Position numbers and translations under genes: made by a program. Under the pieces are notes generated by a model that had not been told where the DNA came from, did no database searches, and saw only the letters and a list, made by a program, of their open reading frames with translations. From contig NW_027117348.1 in NCBI RefSeq assembly GCF_038025025.1, forward strand, positions 806,001-870,000: DNA of 64,000 nt, read 5' to 3'. The stretch is from Phyllosticta citribraziliensis (lineage: Eukaryota). The number at the start of each line of letters is the position of its first letter. Positions within the stretch are counted from its first letter, which is position 1. This document shows, in pieces, positions 49,901-61,055 of this stretch.

Positions 49901-52149
49901 ATCTTTAATTATAAATCTCCTATTACTTTAGAAACTAATACTTTAGATTATACTATAGGGGCTTATATAAATTAACCTAATATAGAAGGAAACCTTTATC
50001 CTATAGCTTATTACTCTAGAAAGCTATCTCTAGTAGAATTAAATTATAATATCTATAATAAAGAATTACTAGCTATAGTAATAGCTTTTAAAGAATAGAG
50101 ATATTATTTAGAAGGCTCTAAATATTCTATATCTATTATAATAGACTATTCTAATTTAAGGTACTTTACTAGTACTAAATAATTAACTTACTATTAAACT
50201 AGATAGTTAGAAATACTATCTAACTATAATTTTACTATTTCCTACTATAAAGGAAAGGATAATAATAGGGCTAATACCTTATCTAGATACTTAGACTATA
50301 TATTAAATAAGGAGTCTACTCTTAAGACTATATTTAATAAAATAGAAAATAGAGATTTAATTATTAATAAACCTTAAGTAAATATACTATATAAGCCTAA
50401 ATTAAAGCCTAATAAGAACTCCTCTTATTAGCCTATAATTAGGTCTATAGCTACTCTTACTAGAAGTCCTAGTAAAGAAGAGGAAGAATAAGAATTAGAA
50501 GAAATACTAATAGATTTACCTATAAAAAATAGGCCTATATTAACTACTCCTAAAGAATTCTATAATTCTATACCTAGTATAGAAGATATAGTAATTTCTA
50601 AAGATATCCCTATAGGTATAGAAGATAATATATCTAATTCTTCTACTCCTTCTTCTACTTCTTCTACCTCTATCCTATTTAATACTAGCTAGGAAGAACT
50701 CTTTAAGAATAGTTATTCTAAAGATACTATAGCTTAGGAACTATTATTAGCTACTAATAATAAGGATCTAGATATTAAAATAATAGATAATAGATCTATT
50801 ATATTTAAGGGGCTACTTTATATACCTAAAAAATAGTATAATACCCTTATAAAGGCTATATATAAATCTCCTATCTATAGATACTAAGGAATAACTAAAA
50901 TAGTAGAAAGAATTAGCTAGAACTTTTATATACCTAGTTTATATAAAAGATTAAGAGATATCCTTAAAAGTTACCTAGAATATATTAAATCTAAGTATTT
51001 TAGATATATACCTTATAGAGCTCTTAAACCTATTAAACTACCTAATTAGCTATAAAATTCTATAGCTTTAGATTTTATAATTAAGCTACCTAGCTCTAAA
51101 GTCCCTAGATCTAAAGATATATTTAATAGTATTTTAGTTATTATTAAAAGGATAACTAAATTCTCTTACTTTATACCTTATAAAGAAGATTTTAATATTA
51201 AGATACTAGTATATACCTTCTTTAGGTATATAATTAGTTAATATAGAATACCTAGGACTATAATCTTAGATAGAGATTCTAAATTTATATCTAAATTCTA
51301 GTAAACCCTTATAAATTAACTAGGATCTAAAACTAAATTATCTATAGCTTATTATCTATAAATAGATAGTTAAATAGAAAGAATAAATTAAGTAATAGAG
51401 TAATATCTTAAGATATACTCTAATTATTAATAAAATAATTAGGTATCTCTATTACTATTAGCTTAATTTACTTATAATTCCTCTATAATAGAAACTACTA
51501 GAATAAGTCTATTTTATACTAATTATAGCTTTAAGCCTAATTACTTTAATAAACCTAAACTCTATAATAAGTTAGCTTAGGACGCTATTATAAAATCTAA
51601 TAATTTAAAGGAGTTATATAAATCTTTAGTTAAGGATATATATTTTATCTCTTATAAAATAGCTAAATATTATAACTAATAGTATAAGAATGTACTAAAC
51701 CTTAAAGAGGGGGATAAAGTATTTTTATTAAAAAGAAACCTCTCTATAAGATAACCCTCTAAAAAATTAGACTATATAAAGGTAGGACCTTTTAAAATTA
51801 TTAAAAAGGTCTTAAGTCTAAACTATAAATTATAACTACCTAAGGACTTACCTATATATCTAGTATTCTATATATTACTATTAGAAAAGTACCTAGATAA
51901 TATACCTCTTATAACTAATAGAGAAGCTAAAGACTCTCTATTAATAGATAAAGATTATAAGGTAGAAAAAATACTAGACTATAAGTACTATAAGGGAGCT
52001 TATAAGTACTTAATTAAATAGCTAGACTATCTATCTAATAAGAACTCCTAGGAACTAGAGGAAAACCTTATAGGAGCCTAGGATTTACTTAAAGAATTTA
52101 AGGAGAAGTATCTTAATAAATTTATTAAGAAAAAGAAATATAAGTACCT

Positions 52150-53290
52150 ATACTTTTCTTCTACTTAGTTATTTATATAACTACTTATATAAAGTCTTAT
52201 TAAGCTTATTTTAAGCTTAATACTAGGCTAATATACCTAAAACTAATATCTATCTTAAGACTTACTTCTACTATAACTTCTAGCCTTAATAGTAGAAGAA
52301 CTAGTAGTATAATTTAAGAAATCTTTATATATTTATAATCTATAAATCTTTCTAGATCTTTTAATATATAATATTATATAATCTACTATAGGAAAAACTA
52401 TACTACTTAAAGAGGAGAAAACCCTTTCCTTAATAATTACTTAACTAAATATAGATAGATTTTTAAAATTTTTATATTCCTAGAATAGTAAAATTCTACT
52501 CTTTAGGACTATATATTTACTTAGGTCTATATACCCCTAGTACTACTCTAATAAAAGGAAAGAAAAAAAGAGAAAATTTACCTTCTCTTATAAAAAATAT
52601 TTAAAAGAGAGACTATAGTTATATTTCTTTTAGGCTACCTTTACTAAGGCCTATATATAAAGGTTCTAAATAGTTCTAGAACTAGAACTAGTTAGAACTA
52701 AAGAAATTAGTACTAGTAGAGACTTCTTCTTCTCCTAGATAAGTAGGTAAGGTATAGCTATTATATACCTTATCCTCTAGCTCTAGAATAGGACTAGAAT
52801 TCTAAATATATTCTATACTTAAATTAGAAAAGTCCTAGATCCTTTAAAGGGTATCTCTAATCTTAGCTAGCTCTCTTTCTAGAGAAGAAACTTATTTCTC
52901 TAGAACCCCTATCTTAGCTCTTTTATTTAGAATAGACTACTCTATCTTATAGATCTTATTCTTAAGGCTATTTAGGGGAGTCCTTTTAGCCTTATAGGGT
53001 TACTTAGCTATATATATATTAGTATTATACTTATATATATAGTTAAGAGTAAAGGACTTACTAAAAGAGTAAGTTATCTTATTCTTTATATAATTTATAT
53101 AAGAATAAATAGTAAATAGTTCTCCCTTAGGATTATCCTTATCTTAATTAGACTAAGTATAGCTTAAATAGTAATAATATTTATAGTTTTTAAGGTAGGA
53201 TTAGTAGGGTTTCTTATCTTTATCTAAAAGGCTAGATCCCTTACCCCTATTAAATAAAGGGATATAAGGGTATTAGGTAGAAAGAGATAT
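52150..53290 (-). pseudogene. RIP-inactivated antisense cargo gene of element D: Zn2Cys6-like cluster, basic linker and coiled coil, with 1-2 introns
   Basis: TAC/TAT codons at 53206, 53197, 53176, 53101, 53092 and 53071 give C-x2-C-x6-C-x24-C-x2-C-x6-C. Intron 53061..53008 (GTAAGTCC, TACTAAT, TAG). The spliced frame continues into a heptad repeat. The 3' end and second intron (about 52581..52509) are less certain. Confidence 0.7.
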
Positions 53291-53373
53291 AATTACTCTA
53301 TCTAGGACTAGACCTCTATAGTCTCTATATACTTATAGAATATAGGATATATTCTAGGAAGGAGAGAGATAGC

Positions 53374-54706
53374 TATAATAACCTTTATCTAAGAAGGTTT
53401 ACTAGATTAGGAGCTTTCTAGGTAACTTTTAGATAAGCTTAATATATAAGCTTATAGAATAGAATTAGGTAATTTAAATAGTATAATTCCTATCCTAATC
53501 TAGTAACTTATTAGTAAGATATTTAAAAGAGAAGGAAATACTTAAATAATATATCCCTATAGAAAATTACCTAGTAGATAGATAAACTTTAGAACTTCTA
53601 GATAAATACTATAGCCCCTAAGGTATTATATAATAATACTCCTTAGGCTTAGTTACCCTCTAATCTATCTTAATATATAGGTCCTTCCTATATAAAGACC
53701 TAGCTAGGACCTCCCTACCTACCTAATAGGGACTAGGTTATTATAGTTAGAAGTTATTAGGAAGAATAATCTACTTAATAACTTTACTTTAATTAGGGAA
53801 TCCTTACTTCCTTAATATCTAATTAAAACTAGGTTTTATTAGAGAGTTAGTTTTACTTTAGATATAGTCTCTATATAATTATATAGGTAGTAGATAACTA
53901 CTATATAATTATATAGGAAGAAGGATTCTTTCTATAATTTTTATTAGGTACTAGGCTCTAGATTAATTAGGCTAGTATATTTTATTAGTAGTTAAAGAAA
54001 CTACTAATTAGTAAAGTACCTTCTTTCTAGTTATTCTAGTTATTAGTTAGGTATTAGCTAACTCTCTAGTATTTTACTTTACTAGAAAGAATATACTTAG
54101 TTAGAGACTTCTATCTATTATTATATAATAGATACTAGTTCTCTTAGTACTAGAGAAAGGTATATAAGAAGGCCTTAAGTCCCTTTAAATAGCTTCTCTA
54201 GTAATAACTCTCTTAACTCTCTTCTTTAACTCTTTAATTACTCTTTAAATTTACTCTTTTTACTTAAAAGACTTTTCTCTATCTATTTAAGACTACTAGT
54301 CTACTAAGATATATATCCTATAACCTACTAGTAAATAGACTAGAGGGGTATAGAGATATCTCTTTTAGTATAGGCTTATATAGTAGTCTTCCTCTATATT
54401 AATACTAAAATAAGGCTATACCTCCTTACTTTAGTATTCTATCTTAGGGAACCTAGGGGTTATATAACCTCTACTAGCTATAATCCTACCTTAGATACTC
54501 ATATAATAATATATATTTATTATATTAAGGGGACTAGGCCCTAGTATATAGTAATATCTACCTAGAGGCTAATTTCTCTCTAAGTAATTACTTAACTATT
54601 TAAGGATTATATAAGAGAATTAGGCACTTAGGGAAATTATCTATATATCTAAGCAGTCTTAGCTATTAAGCCTATTTATAGGGATAGCCTAGGTGATACT
54701 ATTATA
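53374..54706 (+). repeat. 3' LTR of element D (1333 bp)
   Basis: Same termini as 45524-46940; preceded by the PPT. Confidence 0.92.
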
Positions 54707-57700
54707 CTACTACCTTATATAAGTACTCCTTAACCTAGTAGTAAAAATAGGTAGTTACTCCTAGGAAGCCCCTTAATAATTTAAGGTCTTAGGAAGTATC
54801 CTAATTATTAATCTTATCTACTTTAGACTTAGTAGGTAGGTATCTAAACTCTCTATATCTAAACCTAATAACTTCTACTTCTAGTATACTAAAGAAGGAC
54901 TTCTCTTTTAAGATTATAAGTCTAACTAGTTCTAGGTTCTATAGTATATTATTAATATCCTAGATATACTTAAGTATAAATTACCTAACTCCTATAACTA
55001 TACTTTCTATATTATTATATTAGCTCCTTTATTAGCCTCCTATAATATTATCTATAAAAAGGTTAGCCTTATCCTATTAGTTATCTAGTATATATCTTAG
55101 GCTATAAACTACCTATCATAGAGAATTAATTATACCTTAGGAAAGTATATAATTATACTAGTATCTCTAGAGATTAATAAATCTAGTAAGATCCTAATAC
55201 TTTTTAGTAACTATAAACTAATTAAAACTAGAGTATAGGTCTATAAGGGTATATATTATAAGCCCTTCCTAGTATTCTATATAGTTATCTATTAGTCCTA
55301 GTATACTAGTATCTTAAATAGTAATATTATTTAGTATTTATAGATTATTAATCTACCTATATATACTATTCTTCTTAGGTAAGACTATCTAGGGATTATA
55401 ATATTAACTAGAGTAGTACTTAATAATTCCTATATCCTACTAGGTAGTAAGTAAGTTAAATATATACTATATTTTAGCTTATAAGATATATAATACTCTA
55501 ACTCTCTAGGCCTTATATAGTATTATCTTAATAGGGAACCTATATATTACTATTAGTTTAACTTATCCTATTTCTAAAAGGTTAAATAAGATAGTACCCT
55601 CTCTACTATATAGTATTTCTAATATTAGTTCCTACTCTCTTAGCTAGAGGTTATCTCTAGTAATAAGGCTAACTAGCCTTTCCTATATAAGGTATATACC
55701 TAGTTAAAAAATAATAATCCTTAGATAAAATAAGTAGGTAAATTATCCCTAGCCCTAGAGGTCCCTTACTAGTATAGTAGTCTACTTAGTAATTATAATT
55801 TCTTTAGTTTTCTACCTCTTAATTATATTTAATAACTCCTCCTATAGTATTAAGTTATCTATAGGCTCTATCTTTATACCTTTTTATTTATATACTATAT
55901 ACTAGTGCGGGTTTTATTATCTAGTAGTATTAAGATAATTAGGAAATATACTATACTAAGATACCCTATAATAAAAAATACTCTATTCTCCTATTATATA
56001 TATAGTTAAAAACATATCATCTAATACTAAATTAGTAATTTTAGTATTTTATTTATTTTAATTATATAGGCCTCCTACTAGTTAGTATAGTAATTATATA
56101 CTAATTAGCCCCTAAATTATTATACTAGCTAGTTTTCTAGCCCTACTACTTATATACTATTACCACTTTAAATTCTAATAGGACTAATATAGTATATAGT
56201 ATCTTTAATACCTTTAATAAATAGGAATGCCTAGTAGGTAATAATTTCTATATAGTAATAAGGGTTAATAGGGTAGGTAAACCTTAGCTTAACTACCCTA
56301 GTAGGTATAGTTTTAAATTTACTACCTATTAAGATAATCTAGGGTATTCCTAATATAATAGGGATAGTAGTTTAGTTATATACTAGGAAATAAGTACTCT
56401 AGGACTAATCTCCTATTTAAATAGCTAAACTTAGGATCTATTATTTAATTTTATACTTTAAACTATTTATAAACCCTATAGTTATATTAAAACTATTAGG
56501 TAGTATATCCTATACTAGGATACTAAGTTTAGCTATAAGGGCCTTAGAAATACTATTTATATTTACTCTAGTATCTACTAGTACTCATACTATATAGCTA
56601 CTAAAGGATACTAGGATAAAGGGTAATAGGATATAGTAAATAATAAGGCCCTATTACTTAGCTAGTATTATAACCTCTTTATAGGTTATTAGCTTTAGCT
56701 TACTATCTCCTCTAGTAGTTATAGAATCTTCCTAACCCTCTAGTAATTTAATACTAAAGTATATCTTATATATTAATAGGTCTATAGGCTTACTATCCTA
56801 AAGGGGCTTACTATTAGGCCTATATAAAATAAAGCTCTAAGTAGGTATATACTTTATAGTATATACTAGGCTTATATATATATAGTTAAAAATTCTAGAG
56901 ATAGTTTTACCCTTAGTAACTAATATATTAGTTAGTATATTTAAATATATAAAGATCCTATCTAGGAAATAATCTTCTTATTTAAATAGGTAATACTAGG
57001 AGAAGTTAAATTCTATAGGCTTATTAGAGGAGTTAAACTAGTACCCTTTAATATTATTAACTAGTTCTATATATATAGTACGTATTAGCTTCTATAGGTC
57101 CTCTATTATATATAGGTATTTATTTAGTACCTATAGGTTATTATAAAGTATTTCTTAGACCTCTTCTATAATCTTAGTACTAATAGGAGTATAAAATAAC
57201 TTCTATATATTATTATATAGGCTAAGGATTCCTTTTATATACCTAATAGTCTCCTTATTAAAGATATCTCTATATCTCTAGCTATTTAGTCCTAGTTTAT
57301 ACTATTTATAATAGAATAGGTCTCTAAATATAATAGTTTTAACCTAGTACTACTTAGGGGGGGCCCCTTTACTAAGTAGCTCTAGCTTATTATTCTCTAA
57401 TCCCTTAAGTATAATACTTAGCTTATTTTATAGGATTTCTTTAATATTAGATATATCTTTATTAGTATCCTCTATAGTTACTCTTTAAGGTTTATCTATA
57501 TTAGGCTCCTAAGTAGGCTCTTTACTAGAGATAATAGGTTCTTTAATATTACTACCTAGTAGACTAGTAATAGCTAGTTATCTTAGCTATTAAGGTATAT
57601 TTATTAGTAGGGTTATACCTAGGATATCCTTATTAGATATATTCCTAGTCTTATTAGTTATTACCTACTTAGCTATATTCCTAACTTATTTATTAATAGC

Positions 57701-60459
57701 TATTTTATTAACTATAACTTATAAGATTTTAGCTCCTCTTCTCCTAGCTAGCTTCTTTAGCTTCCTTATATATTTTATAATCTTTATTAGGTTTATAAAG
57801 ATTATATTTCTAGGGGGTACTTTAGCCTTAAAATAGTATATACTATATATTATCCCTTTATTATAATAGTAAATCTAATAGAAATAAGGCTAGCTATCCT
57901 CTATATTAGTCTAAGTATAGTTAATCTAAATATACTAGCCCTAGTCCTAGTTATATTAGTCTTAGTTATATTAGCTATAGTCTAAAGGTATATTATATCT
58001 AGTATTAATTTATAGTAGGGGCTAATATCCTTATAGTTCTTTATTTAATATAGATTAAGATAATAACTCTCCCCTAGTCTAGTAGGGAGTTACTTATTAT
58101 TCTAGTACTAGTAGTATTTTTAGTAAATTATTATTATTTATCTATCCCTAATACTATAAGTACTTCTTAATATCTAGCTATTTATTCCTCTTATAAGTTA
58201 ATATTAGCTAGCTATTAAAGTCTTAGATATATCTATTTTAACTAATAGATATAAGGCTAGTATATATAAATAGTAATAGAATAGGATAACTCCTAACTAT
58301 ATAGCTAGTCTTATTATAACTCTAGTATTCTCCTATTCCTATACTTTAATTTATATTTAAACTAGTAGGTCTAGCCTAGTTATAAGAGTTAAGGTTATAT
58401 TATAGTTAGCCTATAGGAGCTATCCTAGGTAGTAGTAGCCTTATTAGTAGAAGACTAGGACCTACTTATAGAGTATATTATCCTAGTAGTAGTATATACT
58501 ACCTAGCTAGCTAGTCTATTCTAATAGAGCTATTATAGGGAAATAATAACTAGATAACCCTTATATATAGGTCCCTACTACTTATAATATATCTATACTT
58601 CTTACTATCTATAAGCTATTTATAGATATAGCTAGTAGCCTCCTAGATTAATTTAATATATATCTTAGCTAGCTTATCTACTAGGTCTTTAACTATAGTA
58701 TTATTACTCTTTACTAAAGGGGTCCTAGTCTTAGAGGTTAACTATCTACTTAAAGCTATAGTTATAGAGGAAGAGCTATTTAAGGATAATATTATAAGTA
58801 GTAGAGGGGACCTAGGAAGATATCCCCTTCCTATTAGTATAGGGTCTATAATATAGTCTAATCCCTTAATATAGTATATAACTATATTTATAACCTCTAG
58901 TAAGTCTATAGAGTATAAGGCTATATACTATTTATATTCTAGTTAGGCCTTAATATATAATTAGAGGTACTAAATATTCCTAGCCCTATAAGATAAGTAC
59001 CCCTTATATAAGAATCTAGTTTATATATCTATATATAGGGTATTAAGGAACTATATCTCTTATAGGCTTTTATTAATATATCCTTCCTCTACTACCTTAT
59101 TACTAAGTATCCTATAAAGCCTAAAGAACTTATCTACTTTAGAGGGGTAATAGAGGTCCTTATATCTCTTAGCTAAGTTCTTAATATAGCTCTAGTTCCT
59201 ACTAATTATACTAGTATCTTAGTTCTTATATTATACTAGTATCTAGACTTTTAGACCTTCCTAATCTCTAGTCTAGAACTTAATAGTATAGTAGATCTCT
59301 AGGCTAATTAGGGTTTTATAATACTAAACTAGCTTTAGTATAAACTCTTCTAGGAGACTCCTAGCTATAGTTATAGTATAGAAGTATTTATATATCTTAA
59401 GGAATAATAATATATTATCTCCCCTAAACTATAGCCTTTACTTTAGTACTAGTATCTAGCTTATTAGGATTATCTATATTAGGGAAGCTATTCTTATATA
59501 GTATTAGTTAGCTTCTATTAATAATAATAACTCCCTACTATTCTAGGGGAGAGTTATTTCTATAGTATCTAGTATTAGCTAATTAGCTTAGCTTAGCTAT
59601 ATTATTTTATTACTATCTATCCCTAGTAGTAGTATAATTATAGGAGGTGTACCTAGTCTAGTAAAAGGTCTAAATAAACCCTTAGCTAGCCCTACACCTT
59701 ATAAGGGAGCTTAGGTACTAATTACTAGTAATAGGGGTACTATAGATAGTCCTCCTTAAGTAATTATAGGCCCCTACTACTAGCCTCTAGAAGAGTACCT
59801 ACTACTATAAGAACTAGATTATTATCCTTTCCCTCTATCTCCTCCTAATATACCTCTTCCTCCTTATCTATTTCTTCCTAATCTACTAGAAGAACTTATA
59901 GTTCTTATAGGTAGGCTATTAAATTTATTATATAATTATATCTAAATCTACCTTTATAACTCATTATATAAACTACTAACCTTATAATATAATAGAATAG
60001 TCTAAGAAACTTAATAGGCCTTAGTAATCTAATATATATAATATAACTATATAAAAACTAGAGAATTAACTATCTAGGCTTATCCCCTATACTTTATAGG
60101 TAGAAATACCTAGAATAATATTATACTTAATAAAAATAGAACTAATTATAATTAGATAGTATAGTAATATTATTCTATAAAGTATATACTAACCTACTAT
60201 AAAATTATAAGCATTAATCTTATAGCTTATATAGTATTTATAAAATAGTACCTAAAATAAATAAGTAAATAATTACTAGTATAATAGTAATAACCAGTAT
60301 AGTAAATATATAATAATAGGCTAGGTAGGAGAGGGTAAAATTAATAGTACTTATTAGTAATATCCTAAAGCCTTTTACTTACCTAATTTCTGCCACTATT
60401 ATATATTTATATAATTAGGTAATAGTAAGCTCCTAATCTATAGAAGCTATACTATAAAA

Positions 60460-61055
60460 TATAGGTAGGACTAGCTACTTACTAATATACTTACTTAGCT
60501 AGCTAAAATACTAGTACTAGAAGAGGTATAAGAGATAGTAACTAGTAGTAAATAAGTAGGCTCTATAGGATAGGAATAAAATAACTACTAAACTAACTAA
60601 AATAAGCTACTATCTAGCTATTACTTCATTATCTAAGTAGTATAAGATTTAGGTATAAATAATAAGTATAAATAAATAAATAACTAAGTATTTAGTAGAT
60701 AATAGTTTAACTAAGTATAAAAGACTTTATTTATATAAGTAGTACCTCTTAATAAGTAGCTATAAAAGGGGGTATATAACTAGCTAATCTACTACTAAAA
60801 ATACTAATAATATAAAACCTCCTATCACTACTAAAGACGCTAAGTTCACTTATACTTTTATTAGCCATTATTATTACTACTAAACTATATAGAACTATAT
60901 CTTCCTAGTATTCTAGAGCTACCTATAGTCTTATTTTCTTACCAGCCTAATCTTCTACTTATATCTAAGCTAAAACTATAGCCAAGAATGAGAACAACAA
61001 CCGCTAAAAGTAACCCTTAAAAGCCGCGAAAACCGTGCCGGCTAGCAGTGCCATA
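60460..61055 (-). repeat. LTR of element C (right copy, 5' LTR)
   Basis: Repeat of 44703-45298; the last ~80 bp retain CG, CA and TG dinucleotides. Confidence 0.93.

Larger units (their letters stand above)
45524..54706 (+). mobile_element. Element D: full-length RIP-degenerate chromovirus (9.2 kb) with long LTRs and an extra antisense region
   Basis: LTRs 45524-46940 and 53374-54706; gag KPDTYDGSRNKLEPYLAQV (about 47280); slippery AAAAAAC TAG (about 48065); protease ALIDTGA (about 48248); RT LPKHQPWDHEI, PFGLTNAPATFQ, AYLDDILIYS (about 49490); RNase H LETDASDYAIG, NYDIHDKELLAIV; integrase ALDFIVKLP, STAYHPQTDGQTERMN, VGPF; chromodomain YEVEKIL..YLIKW..NSWEPEENL (about 51955-52070); PPT AGGAAGGAGAGAGA before the 3' LTR. 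Confidence 0.95.
44703..61055 (-). mobile_element. Element C: RIP-degenerate Gypsy element with LPQGxTNS-type RT and two 596-bp LTRs; contains element D and lacks RNase H/integrase
   Basis: Direct repeats 44703-45298 and 60460-61055. Long minus frame from about 59920: protease ALVDTGA (about 56575), RT IKTVPHKAW, YRNPW..PKKNG.YRWINDLQ, QG.TNS, LFVDDI (about 55050), LRGFLG (about 54770), cut at 54707. Confidence 0.85.

Noticed and set aside
54707..60459. Element C as a Copia or LINE
   Set aside because: The protease is followed by RT with no integrase between them, the RT motifs are Gypsy-type, and it has LTRs.
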